A DNA stretch of 64,000 nt, from the IMG/VR virus record IMGVR_UViG_3300028535_000001. The stretch is one strand, 5' to 3'. Position numbers and translations under genes: made by a program. This document shows, piece by piece, positions 20,171-30,368 of the stretch (position 1 is the first letter of the stretch; each line of letters starts with the position of its first letter). Below the pieces are notes generated by a model. It was not told where the DNA came from. It was given only the letters and a program-made list of their open reading frames with translations, and searched no databases. Origin of the DNA: a virus.

Positions 20171-20894
20171 TTTTATTTTCCTTTATATAATTGTATAGGT
20201 CAGTTTTAACCGACCAGTTTAGTTTATTCAAAATTTTAGTATCTGCTGTATTATCTTCTCTTTCAAATTCATTACCTACCCTTTTTTCTTTGAAATCAAT
20301 TCCAAAATACGTTATCATCTCCAGCAAATTATAAGATTTTCCTATACCTATATCTGTTACACCTGTAAATTCACTTTTCATTAAAGTGTCAATAGCAGAT
20401 ATTATATCATCTACATGTATAAAATCTCTTGTATGATTAGTATGTACAAATGGTACATCGTTTCTTAATATTCTTGGTATCAACATATGCTCTCTAGCGC
20501 CTGGTCCGTATACAGTTGTAAATCTCATACCGATACTGTTTTCTGGTGCCATTTGTTCCAAAGAATATTTACTCATAGCATAAGGGTTACGCCAAGGCTC
20601 TATGGCCGTTGAAGAACTTGCATATAATATTTTTGTATTTGGAAAATAATCAAATAGTCTTTGACCTGCAATTACATTTTCTTTCCAGTATTCTGTAGGT
20701 CTATCTAAACTATCTCTAACTCCTGAAAGGCCAGCCAAGTGTATGACTAAACCTACATCGTATTTAAGGTCACAATTTAATAAATCGTTACCTGATAATT
20801 TGTCTATTGGGATTACTTTGTGATCGTTGTTTTTTAAATGCTTATGAAGGTGTTTTCCTATAAATCCTTCACTGCCTGTTAATAATATATTCAT
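20160..20894 (-). CDS. NAD-dependent epimerase/dehydratase
   Basis: TGSEGFIG, HLAG, YASSS, YAMSK, RDFIHVDD. Confidence 0.92.
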   Translation of the reverse strand: MNILLTGSEGFIGKHLHKHLKNNDHKVIPIDKLSGNDLLNCDLKYDVGLVIHLAGLSGVRDSLDRPTEYWKENVIAGQRLFDYFPNTKILYASSSTAIEPWRNPYAMSKYSLEQMAPENSIGMRFTTVYGPGAREHMLIPRILRNDVPFVHTNHTRDFIHVDDIISAIDTLMKSEFTGVTDIGIGKSYNLLEMITYFGIDFKEKRVGNEFEREDNTADTKILNKLNWSVKTDLYNYIKENKNVN

Positions 20895-20910
20895 AATAAA
20901 TTCTCATTGT

Positions 20911-21447
20911 TTAAACGCCAGCGGCGTGTAGTGTTTTCAATAAACCACCAGCACTATTCTTAATTAATAAAGTTGATAGCGATTTCATTTGTGTTGAACC
21001 GACAGAGTCATCAGCCATCATACTCTCTGCAACAAGGTCAATTGATCCTGTTGATATTAATTCTCCAGCTGCACTTGGAAAAGTAATTGCTTGTCCATTT
21101 AAAGTACCACTAACTGTTAAATTAGTCATTGTTACGTTTGTTGGAAACGCAAGTGTGACTGTATCTGGACTTGAAACTGTAGCAGTAATCTGATTACTTG
21201 TACCTAGAAAAGATACAGTATTACCTGGAGCAATTAACTGAATAGTTGAGCTTGCGTCTCTAATATAGTGACCTTGTCCAGTACCTATTTGAGAAGATAA
21301 CTCTACTACAGCACCAACAACAGACGTTGCTGATATTCCTGCTCCTGGTAATAGAGCTGCGTCACCAAAATCATTAGCCGCTAAATCGTTAAATTGCGTT
21401 CTAAATGTTTCTAGTGTATCCGTTCCTAGTATATTTTTTACTGCCAT
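20911..21447 (-). CDS. Virion structural/fibre-associated protein
   Basis: TDTLETFRTQFN N-terminus typical of T4-like fibre proteins; Thr/Ser/Gly rich. Confidence 0.55.
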   Translation of the reverse strand: MAVKNILGTDTLETFRTQFNDLAANDFGDAALLPGAGISATSVVGAVVELSSQIGTGQGHYIRDASSTIQLIAPGNTVSFLGTSNQITATVSSPDTVTLAFPTNVTMTNLTVSGTLNGQAITFPSAAGELISTGSIDLVAESMMADDSVGSTQMKSLSTLLIKNSAGGLLKTLHAAGV

Positions 21448-21462
21448 TGTTCTACTTTATCT

Positions 21463-21588
21463 TTAATCTTTTTTCTTTTTAAATAAGCCCATAACTTTAG
21501 AAGGTGCTTTTTTAACAACTTCTGGTACCTTTAGTTTAGGTAACGTAATTTTAGGCATTTTCATTTTCGCTTTTAATTTCTCTAGCAT
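21463..21588 (-). CDS. Lys-rich 41-aa peptide (not in ORF track)
   Basis: MLEKLKAKMKMPKITLPKLKVPEVVKKAPSKVMGLFKKKKD; AAGGA RBS; fills the gap. Confidence 0.5.
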   Translation of the reverse strand: MLEKLKAKMKMPKITLPKLKVPEVVKKAPSKVMGLFKKKKD

Positions 21589-21589
21589 A

Positions 21590-21820
21590 TTATCCTTTTC
21601 TATTATTTTCTAACTCTTTCTTAATCTCAAATAATTCTTTCTTTAATATATTTATCTCTTTACAAAGGCTTCTTATTGTATCACTATTAGTTTCTCTTGA
21701 TTTTACTCTAACCATATATGAGTTGTATTCTGATCTATTAGTGTTAATAATAGCTTTAGTGTCTACATCTTTAATTAGACTTTCAAATCCTTCAACTCTT
21801 AATGTATTATAATTTGCCAT
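21590..21820 (-). CDS. Small coiled-coil hypothetical protein following the large structural gene
   Basis: MANYNTLRVEG...KDVDTKAIINTN; start reassigned. Confidence 0.65.
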   Translation of the reverse strand: MANYNTLRVEGFESLIKDVDTKAIINTNRSEYNSYMVRVKSRETNSDTIRSLCKEINILKKELFEIKKELENNRKG

Positions 21821-21824
21821 ATTT

Positions 21825-24800
21825 TTATACTGCCAATGCAATACCTCTTAAATCTTTCATTACAGGTGGGTATGATGAGTTAGTACCTTTCATAACAACT
21901 TTTAATTGGAATGTAGTGAACTCATTTAAACCATCTGCACTATATTTGTATTCTCTAAACGTATCATCATCTTCAGCAGGTGTAACAGTTGTATCTTCTA
22001 AACCTGTATCATTAAATGCTGTCCAACTTATATCGTCAATATTTCTTGCTTCTTCCGAAGAAGATAATCTATAATAAACGAGGACACTAGAAGTTGCTCT
22101 AACGTTTGAAGTCATTCTAACATCTAAAGCAGTTGATAAGTTTTCTAAAACAATTGGTTTAGTAACATAAACTCCTGCTGTTGATGTACCACTAGCTTCC
22201 GTATCTGCTACATAATTTGGTGTGTTAAAGCTAGTTGCTGAATTTAATCTATTCTGAATTGTATATGCACTTACTCTTGCCATATCTAATACTGGAGATA
22301 GTTTAGTATTTGTTGTTGTAAACGTTAAGTTAACGAATAAAGATTTATTACCTGACATTTCATTAGTTTCGTTTACAGAACTTGCAACCATATTAGGTGC
22401 ATTAAAGTAAATGTTATCACCAGCAATAGTTGGTATTGCTTCAGTTGATGTTGTTAAACTAAACTCTGACTCATTACCATGAATTGATCTTCCAGTTGTA
22501 GGTCTAATTGAATATGTTATATTTGTTCCTGGAACTGTTGCTGTAGCTAAATTTAAATTTAGTATATCATATGATCTATTTTGTGTAGCAGTGATAGTAG
22601 ATCCCCCTATATCTCCTGTCGCTGTTGCTGTTCCTGAAGTAGTAACATCGTAACTATCTAAAGTTACATTAGAAATACTTGTATATGTTCCATTAATATC
22701 TGAATGGACAATACCATTGTAAGTTGCTGATGGAACACCTGCAATTGTAACGTTGTTTGCTGTACCATGCATACCGTGACTAGGATGTGAAATTCTAATT
22801 ACACTAGACGTATCAGTTGTTCTAATTGCATTTGTTGTTAATGTTCTTGTAGGTAAAACGTCATTACATAGAGTAACCGTACCTGTTACGTTTTCAAATT
22901 CCGCTCTCTTTATTTTAAACTTAATGTCCTCGTTTTGTTCAGCCGTCCAAGTTGAACCATTTTGTGATTTGAATAGAACACCAGCATAAGGCTGTTGAGA
23001 AATTGTTCTATCTGAATTTATTACTTTTTCACCTAATCTACCAACATAACAATTGTAATTGTTGGTCATTGCCATAACAACAAAACAGTATTCTGTATTT
23101 TCTTGTAAGTAAACTGGTGAGTCAAAAGTAAATGTTGTAGCCGTTGTTGCGTCTGTACTTGTATTTACTGAACTTGGATTTAAAGTTTTTTCACTGAAAG
23201 GAACTATTCTCTTTCCAGGATATCCGTTTACTACTTCTCTAATTTGTATTGTTACCGGAATATTAGTATCTTTTGAACTAAAATATAAATCTACTGAAGT
23301 TGCAAATACACCACCTACGTCATCAATCATAAATGTTTGTGCTAATGGGTCATGCCAACCTATTGTTGTTTCGGTAATTCTTGTTCTTGTTTGTGTTCCT
23401 CTACTAACTGTTTCAACAGTACTTTCTCTAACAGTTTGAGCTTCTCTTGTAGAAATAATTGTTTCTTGTATTGTATCTAAAGCACCTTTAGCAACATAAT
23501 CAGCCTCTGCTGAAGTTTGAACTGCCGTACTTAAATTGTTTGTAACTGAACTTGTTAATCTGAATACTCTTTGACCTGTTCTCCATCTTGGATTACTATT
23601 CACTTTTGGATCAGGTATTGAAAATGTTCCTGTAACCATTCCATTAATATTTGTAACCAAATTGCCACCTAACGAACCACCGTTTGGTGTAATATAACTT
23701 GCTATGTCAATGTTATCAAAGAAAGGATAAACTCTTGTTTCAGGTTTCATTCTAGTTGCTATAAATGTTAATGTTCTACTTCTTATAAATGGAACAAAAC
23801 CAACACTAACAACTCTATCGCCTATTGATGTTCTTATTACTTGTGGTACTATTCTTGATCTTATACCTGTTCTTGTTGCTGATAATTGACCTTGTTCAGT
23901 AATTGATGTACGTTGGTTTATTGCTCTACCACGTCTAACTCTTCCTAAATTTTGTCTTGATACTTCTTGTGGTGTTCCTGACCAGAACTCTTGCCAATCA
24001 TTCCATACAGTACCTATTGCTACACTTGTTAAATTTGTATTACCTAAACCTAGTATTAACGTATCAAAACTACCTGTTCTATTAATTACCAATTCTGGTA
24101 TTCTTTCAGTTTCTTTCCATTCATCACTTGGTGGAGTTAATTGAACATTACCTGCCCATGAGAATACATCAAATGGGTTTACGTTAACAAATTTACTTGC
24201 AAAAGGTTGATCTATTAAAGTTGTTTCACTGTAAGGCAAAGTCATACAATCACCTGTTTTTGCATACTTAGCGTCTGTTCTATCTAAAGCAGTTATTGAA
24301 GTACCGTCATCATCAGCTTCTATTAACTGTACGGCATCCTCATGGAACATAGGTCTCATTTCACCTCTTGCCATATCCATAGATATTTTGTAATCTAAAT
24401 TTCCTACGTCACCAACGCTATGACCTGTAAAGTTATCTACTAAAAATCCATTTTTAAATCTGTCAAAACCTTCGGCGTCTTGTATTTGTAAATTTGCTGC
24501 TTGTATTTCTAAAAGAGATAATTGAGTATAATATTCTGTATTTTCAAGTCTGTTTTCTAATCTACCAATGTCTCTCATTGTATATCTCTTATTATCTACT
24601 TTAGTAATATCAATAGTGTCTGTAGTTAAAGTGTAAGCAGGTATATCTAAAGTGTATAAATGCATTGCACCATCTAAATTTTTAGGCGATTGTGGTATTA
24701 AAGCACTTGCACCTCTAGCTACTTGAAACTTACCATCTTTGTCTACAAAAATTTTATCTATTCTTGATAAGTAATATTCTAAATCTGAAGATATATCAGA

Positions 24801-27800
24801 ACCAAATTTAGCAACATCTACAGTTGAAGCACCAGCACCGTTATAATATCTATCTTGTTCCCCTTTATTAATTGTAGAGTTATCGTCAACTCTAGGTCTA
24901 AAATCTAAACAATCTCTTAACTCATAAGTGTCTCCAGTTGTATCCGAAGTATGAGAAGGAATATCTGCATAATCAACAGCACCTGAATAACTATCAACAG
25001 TAAATACTTCACCTGAACCATGAGAAAAGTAATCTACATCAACTTTTATAGAACCTGTTGGTTCAACAGCACCTTTTTTTAAGTGTACTCTGCCTTGGTC
25101 ATAGAAGTTATCTCTTTGACCATTGTCTAAAGTGAATCTATCTGAAATATCTATTTCTCCTGAACCTGTGTAAGTACCAAAAGCAGTTGCCATTTTAACA
25201 GAATTTAATTTGTAAATATCACTTCTACCTAATCTCACACCACCTTGTTTAGTAATATCTGCTAAACTAGTAGCACGTTTTGTATAATTTAAAACTAAAG
25301 TTTTTGTTTTTTCTTCTACAACTGATCTAACAATAGTAGCTAAAACTTTGATTTTATGTCCTGCATAATTAGCACCAAAATCTAAAATTATTGATTTACC
25401 TACTGGCGAACCAGTTAATGAAAATATTACATCACCTTCATGGTTATTTCCAGTTAAACTTAAAAAATCTCCTGTCGTACCTGTGCTACCTGAACCTGTT
25501 GACATTATTGAAACAGAAAAATCATATTCACCCATAGAAGGGAATACTTCGTTTGTACCTGCTGAAAGAGTTGCGTCTCCATTTGATCCTAATGTTGCTG
25601 TAAAGTGTCTTCTAACTTTAAAGTTTGTATCACTAGCACCAGAGTTAACAGTTGTTTTTAATGTCTTAACATTTTCATAAGGTAATTTGAATATTGAAAT
25701 ATTTTTACCTGAATCTTTAAATGTTGCTCTGTTTCTATTTGCACTTGTTTTAGTTGAAACATCTGAACCACCAACTGCACTAGATATTTCTAAAGAAGTA
25801 TTTGAAATAATAGCTTCAATAATTCTTGTTAGTGAAGTACCTGCGTCTGTAGTAAATGTGATTGAATCACCTACTCTTAATTCTGTATTAAATTTTGTAC
25901 CAAAACCTGTAATTGCATTGCCACTGTTTGCAACTGATATTGTACCTGTAATCTGTAAACTTTCTCCGTATGTAGAATCTATAAGAGTATCTGCTGTAAA
26001 TGCCGGAGTACCAGCCATACCAATTTGTTTTGTAGATGAGAAATCATATGAAGTAACACCTTTAAATCCTCTAGCGTCTGCTTGAATAGTAGCAGTGTTT
26101 GATGAAATACCACCTGTTATAGTTTCTCCAGCTGTAAATGTTCCGTTTACACTAGATAAAATAACAACTGATTGATCTGCCGTACCACCACTTGTATATG
26201 AAGTAAAACCAGAACCGTTTACATCTAATTCAAAATTTGAACTAGTTGGATTTTTTACTGTATATATGTTACCATTTAATTCTGTCATACCAACAACACC
26301 ATTGATTGTCACTTGTTGACCATCTTTTAAAGTGTTTGTAGAAGTTATTACAACAGGATTAGCTGCTGTTGCAGCTGTTATTGAATGTTGATTATTTGTT
26401 GATATACTTTCAAATGTACCTTTAGCACCTGAAGTACCACCTGTAATTTCTTCTCCATTTGTAAATGCTTGATTTTTTGCAACGTTGATATGAGTAAACA
26501 TAACAACATCAAATAGATAATGTTTGAAAACTGCACTTGTTAATGATGAACTTGCAAATATATTTGATGTAGCTGTACCTGAAGCATATTCAAATCCTTT
26601 AGACTTAGCACGACCTATTATAGGTATATTAGAACCTAATCCTGTATTTTCTGTTCCTCTTGCTGATGTTGCTGTATTATATAAACCAACTTTTTTAAAA
26701 GCTTCAACATCACCTGAAACAAATCCAATATCTGGAGAACCATATACGTTATTAACATACACATAGTTTCCTACATCAAATCTAGTATTAGAATTGTTTT
26801 GTGTATCAAAATCTCTTGCCTTATCTATATCTGCAAATCTTGTTCCAATAGTACTTATTTCAAAACCTTTAACGTATGCTTTACCTGGTGCTAAACCAGC
26901 AGCAATTTTAGTTTCTAATCCACCATCAGCTGAAGTGTAAATACCTCTATTATCTCCTGATAGTAAATGTTCTCTTAAATCTAAATCAAAATCTTTTATT
27001 GAATAATCACCTGATTCGTCAAATGTTCGTCTTGCTAATGTTTCTTCTAATATTGCATAATCAGTTGTTCTAACTTGGTTTTGAATAATACCATTTTTTA
27101 ATCTTAATAACTCTACAAAGTTTGAATCGTCTGTAGCAGTTAAAGATTTTTTAGTTAATGTTAAATCTATTTTAAATCTATGAGCACCTGGAGCATTTGT
27201 ATTTGAAACTCCTTGAGCATTATCATTTAAAGTTGTATCATCGTTTTGAGTTATAAAACTTTCTGTTATTATTAATCCTACTCTATAAGAAGGAGTGTTT
27301 GAATATTTTTCCAGTACTAAATTTTGTTTACTTACTTGAACATGAAATCCATTAATGTAATAAACACCTTCATTAACAGCGGCCATACTACCATCTGCTG
27401 TGGTATTAACTACTGCTGAAACTATTGTTGCTGTTGATTGTAAAGTTGTATTTGCTGATATAGTTTCTCCATCTGTAAATGCTGATGAAGTATTATTTGT
27501 ACCTGAATTTATATATTTAACAAGTAAAGTGTTTGGATCTGATCCATCTGTTGCTACAGTTTTAACAACTCTTGCTTTTAAACCTGAAGAAGCACCTGTT
27601 AAAGTTAAACCAACGAAATCTGTTAATACAACACCAACTGAAGCTGAATCTGTAAATGAAGTTAACTTAACAGCACCTACTATTAAGTCATAAGAAATAT
27701 CGCCAGGTATAACCATAGCGCCTTGTTCAAAGACGTGATCTGATAATCTCTCAATCTGATTTTGTAAAATTGATTGTGATTGTGTTAACTCTCTACCTTG

Positions 27801-27899
27801 TACAGCAAATGCTGGTCTATAAAGAACTCTATGAAACTTTTTAGTTTCAGTAAAGTCATCGTAGTAAGGCGAAAGATTAAAGTCAGTTGGACTTGGCAT
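21825..27899 (-). CDS. Large virion structural protein (DUF4815/VrlC-like)
   Basis: MPSPTDFNLSPYYDDF...ELTQSQSILQNQ; DRFKNGFLVDNF; WHDPLAQTF; ends DLRGIALA. Confidence 0.85.
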   Translation of the reverse strand: MPSPTDFNLSPYYDDFTETKKFHRVLYRPAFAVQGRELTQSQSILQNQIERLSDHVFEQGAMVIPGDISYDLIVGAVKLTSFTDSASVGVVLTDFVGLTLTGASSGLKARVVKTVATDGSDPNTLLVKYINSGTNNTSSAFTDGETISANTTLQSTATIVSAVVNTTADGSMAAVNEGVYYINGFHVQVSKQNLVLEKYSNTPSYRVGLIITESFITQNDDTTLNDNAQGVSNTNAPGAHRFKIDLTLTKKSLTATDDSNFVELLRLKNGIIQNQVRTTDYAILEETLARRTFDESGDYSIKDFDLDLREHLLSGDNRGIYTSADGGLETKIAAGLAPGKAYVKGFEISTIGTRFADIDKARDFDTQNNSNTRFDVGNYVYVNNVYGSPDIGFVSGDVEAFKKVGLYNTATSARGTENTGLGSNIPIIGRAKSKGFEYASGTATSNIFASSSLTSAVFKHYLFDVVMFTHINVAKNQAFTNGEEITGGTSGAKGTFESISTNNQHSITAATAANPVVITSTNTLKDGQQVTINGVVGMTELNGNIYTVKNPTSSNFELDVNGSGFTSYTSGGTADQSVVILSSVNGTFTAGETITGGISSNTATIQADARGFKGVTSYDFSSTKQIGMAGTPAFTADTLIDSTYGESLQITGTISVANSGNAITGFGTKFNTELRVGDSITFTTDAGTSLTRIIEAIISNTSLEISSAVGGSDVSTKTSANRNRATFKDSGKNISIFKLPYENVKTLKTTVNSGASDTNFKVRRHFTATLGSNGDATLSAGTNEVFPSMGEYDFSVSIMSTGSGSTGTTGDFLSLTGNNHEGDVIFSLTGSPVGKSIILDFGANYAGHKIKVLATIVRSVVEEKTKTLVLNYTKRATSLADITKQGGVRLGRSDIYKLNSVKMATAFGTYTGSGEIDISDRFTLDNGQRDNFYDQGRVHLKKGAVEPTGSIKVDVDYFSHGSGEVFTVDSYSGAVDYADIPSHTSDTTGDTYELRDCLDFRPRVDDNSTINKGEQDRYYNGAGASTVDVAKFGSDISSDLEYYLSRIDKIFVDKDGKFQVARGASALIPQSPKNLDGAMHLYTLDIPAYTLTTDTIDITKVDNKRYTMRDIGRLENRLENTEYYTQLSLLEIQAANLQIQDAEGFDRFKNGFLVDNFTGHSVGDVGNLDYKISMDMARGEMRPMFHEDAVQLIEADDDGTSITALDRTDAKYAKTGDCMTLPYSETTLIDQPFASKFVNVNPFDVFSWAGNVQLTPPSDEWKETERIPELVINRTGSFDTLILGLGNTNLTSVAIGTVWNDWQEFWSGTPQEVSRQNLGRVRRGRAINQRTSITEQGQLSATRTGIRSRIVPQVIRTSIGDRVVSVGFVPFIRSRTLTFIATRMKPETRVYPFFDNIDIASYITPNGGSLGGNLVTNINGMVTGTFSIPDPKVNSNPRWRTGQRVFRLTSSVTNNLSTAVQTSAEADYVAKGALDTIQETIISTREAQTVRESTVETVSRGTQTRTRITETTIGWHDPLAQTFMIDDVGGVFATSVDLYFSSKDTNIPVTIQIREVVNGYPGKRIVPFSEKTLNPSSVNTSTDATTATTFTFDSPVYLQENTEYCFVVMAMTNNYNCYVGRLGEKVINSDRTISQQPYAGVLFKSQNGSTWTAEQNEDIKFKIKRAEFENVTGTVTLCNDVLPTRTLTTNAIRTTDTSSVIRISHPSHGMHGTANNVTIAGVPSATYNGIVHSDINGTYTSISNVTLDSYDVTTSGTATATGDIGGSTITATQNRSYDILNLNLATATVPGTNITYSIRPTTGRSIHGNESEFSLTTSTEAIPTIAGDNIYFNAPNMVASSVNETNEMSGNKSLFVNLTFTTTNTKLSPVLDMARVSAYTIQNRLNSATSFNTPNYVADTEASGTSTAGVYVTKPIVLENLSTALDVRMTSNVRATSSVLVYYRLSSSEEARNIDDISWTAFNDTGLEDTTVTPAEDDDTFREYKYSADGLNEFTTFQLKVVMKGTNSSYPPVMKDLRGIALAV

Positions 27900-27909
27900 T
27901 TAATTCTCC

Positions 27910-29379
27910 CTAAAATTCAATAACTAGTTTGATATTTTCTGTTTGGTCTGTTGCTCTTTGAATCGGAGCTCTATTTTCTACGTATAAAATATCACCAGTA
28001 TCGTGGTCTATTTCAGAAGCAGAATAACCACCTGAAAATACAACGTTATTAATTGTACTTGTAACACTTGTTTCCGGTGTACCTGTTGCTGATGAAGTTT
28101 GTCCTGTTATAACTTCGGTACTAGAAAATGCTGTTAAATTACCTGATGAGTCTACACCGGCGTCATTGTGTCTTGATTGCATATAATATAAAATTCTATT
28201 TGTTGCGTCCCATTCTACAACTTTACCAACAGCACCTGTAGTTGCTTGATTCAATTCTTCATCTACTACAAAAGTACCTGGAGTTGGAGTTGAGTTAATT
28301 CTAACTGCTTTAGTACCTCTTAATGTTGAAGCTATAGCGGTTGAACCACCAGCTGCTGGGTCTCTTATTAAAGTAATTTTTCTGAAATCATTACCAGCAT
28401 GGAAATCTCCAGAGTTTGCTGATTCTGTTCCTTCTAAATTTATATTTAGCATTACAAAAAAACCACCTAATTCTTCTACTGCATTAAATCCATTACCACC
28501 ATTTGGTGAGATAATAACATCTAATTCAGCACCTGTTAAACCTGTTGCACCAGCGGCTACAATTTCTGTATTTGAAACTGTACCAAAAGTGTAACCTGAT
28601 CCAACGTTAGTCATAGTTACCGAAGTAATAATACCACCTGCAACTACAACATTAGCTGTTGCACTTGATCCGTCACCTTTAATAGTAACTGAATGTGTAC
28701 CGTTTGCTCCACCTGAACCACTTGCTTTAATTTTTATACAATCAATTGATCCGTCTATAGCAGCTGCACTAACAGTTGAGTTAGTTGATACTCCCATAAA
28801 GTCTGTTGATAAAAAATTTGATTGTTGAGAAGCTGACATAGTGAACATGTATTTCCATTTATATCCGTCAGCAGTTGTTATGACACTTGTTGATGTACCA
28901 GATGGCTCAGTAGTTGAAGCTGTTGTACCATCGTTGTCTATGCACTTATAAACATTTCTGTCTGTAGTTAATACATAGAAATTAGCGTCATGTAAAATTG
29001 TTGCACCACTATTAGCAGTAATTCTTGTAGATGTACTACCTGTTAAGTATTCGCCATAGTCGTGTCTGTAAATATCGTATGTTGTTCCTGTTGCCCAATT
29101 TCTTCTTGGTATTGCAAAAGAAATATCTGAAGTTGTAATTTTCTTAGCTGCTAATAAATCATCGTAGGTATTGAACTCTGCAACAACACTGTCGCCTGGA
29201 GTTATTGGAGCTGCGTCTGTTCCTTCGTAATCTGTACGAGAATCAGCTCTTGTTAAAGTACCCCAAGGTTGAGGTCTTCCAAGTCCTAGGTAGTAAATGT
29301 TTGGCGAAGCTTCCGTGAAAGATTCGTGAAACTGTTCACTATTATTAATTCTGAATTTTGTTGTTATAATCGCTGGCAT
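27910..29379 (-). CDS. gp8: Baseplate wedge subunit gp8
   Basis: MPAIIT, VYKCIDN, DGYKWKYM, YVENRAPIQRATDQTENIKLVIEF. Confidence 0.85.
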   Translation of the reverse strand: MPAIITTKFRINNSEQFHESFTEASPNIYYLGLGRPQPWGTLTRADSRTDYEGTDAAPITPGDSVVAEFNTYDDLLAAKKITTSDISFAIPRRNWATGTTYDIYRHDYGEYLTGSTSTRITANSGATILHDANFYVLTTDRNVYKCIDNDGTTASTTEPSGTSTSVITTADGYKWKYMFTMSASQQSNFLSTDFMGVSTNSTVSAAAIDGSIDCIKIKASGSGGANGTHSVTIKGDGSSATANVVVAGGIITSVTMTNVGSGYTFGTVSNTEIVAAGATGLTGAELDVIISPNGGNGFNAVEELGGFFVMLNINLEGTESANSGDFHAGNDFRKITLIRDPAAGGSTAIASTLRGTKAVRINSTPTPGTFVVDEELNQATTGAVGKVVEWDATNRILYYMQSRHNDAGVDSSGNLTAFSSTEVITGQTSSATGTPETSVTSTINNVVFSGGYSASEIDHDTGDILYVENRAPIQRATDQTENIKLVIEF

Positions 29380-30305
29380 TATGATGTTGTTCCTATAATT
29401 GTTTTTTGTGTAACGCCACTAGAATTTTTTACTAGTAGAGTTGACGCATTAGATAAGTTAGCCATAGTGATAGAACCACCAGTTATACTAACTGCATTGG
29501 CATTTTGACCAGCCATAGTACCTATTGTACCTAAAGCAAAATTGACAAATTGACTACCATTCCATTGCAAAATGTCGCCACTTGCAATACTTGACAAAAC
29601 AACATCGTTCATTTCAGTTAATTCATCATTTGCTGTAACACTTGAATCAACGTATTGTTTTGTTGCAATACCTAAATTTTTTGTTGGGTTACCGAATACT
29701 ACTACCTCGCCTGTACTATCTCCTTCTAACCAAGTTGTAGTTGTCGTACCATCCCAACCTGCAATTATCATTGCTCTAGTTTCACTGGCAGTATTACCAG
29801 AAGCATTTCCTATAATGACATTACCTGATCCAGTTTCTATAGTTTGACCTGCACCATGACCTACAAAAGTGTTGAGTTGTCCTGTATTTATTCTTAAACC
29901 TGCGTCTGAACCTATAACAGTATTTTTTTCTCCTGTTGCGTCTTTACCTGCTGAGTGACCTACAGCTGTACTTTTTCCTGAAGATGTGACTGATTCTAAA
30001 GCTGCAAACCCCACGGCAACGTTATCGTCTCCTGAAGTAATTGCTCTTAAAGATGTTTTACCAACGGCAACGTTTTCTTGTGCTGAACTCAAAGTACCTG
30101 TCACCGAGTGACCGATAATTATAGAGTTTGAAAAGTTTGTTCCCTCTTGTTTACCTGTAATAATACCAGTACTTAAAGTTGTACCGTTTCCTAAAGAAGT
30201 ATAAATTTCGGTAAAGTTATCGTTGATTAAAATACCACCGTCTCTAATAGTAGAACCTGTACCGTCATTTGGAGCTGAGCCGATGTTTATTGTTTGTTTT
30301 GCCAT
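29379..30305 (-). CDS. Baseplate/fibre protein with gp9/gp10-like N-terminus and YadA-head-like repeats
   Basis: MAKQTINIGSAPNDGTG..IR.G...INDNFTEIY; repeated NVAVG/NTVIG/NTFVG. Confidence 0.7.
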   Translation of the reverse strand: MAKQTINIGSAPNDGTGSTIRDGGILINDNFTEIYTSLGNGTTLSTGIITGKQEGTNFSNSIIIGHSVTGTLSSAQENVAVGKTSLRAITSGDDNVAVGFAALESVTSSGKSTAVGHSAGKDATGEKNTVIGSDAGLRINTGQLNTFVGHGAGQTIETGSGNVIIGNASGNTASETRAMIIAGWDGTTTTTWLEGDSTGEVVVFGNPTKNLGIATKQYVDSSVTANDELTEMNDVVLSSIASGDILQWNGSQFVNFALGTIGTMAGQNANAVSITGGSITMANLSNASTLLVKNSSGVTQKTIIGTTS

Positions 30306-30326
30306 TTGTACCTTTATTTATAGTTA

Positions 30327-30334
30327 TATTTATA
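30327..30334 (-). promoter_or_regulatory. Late promoter TATAAATA
   Basis: Exact consensus upstream of the ATG at 30305. Confidence 0.7.
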
Positions 30335-30368
30335 CGTTCATTGTGTCACTATTTACAATTTTATTTTA

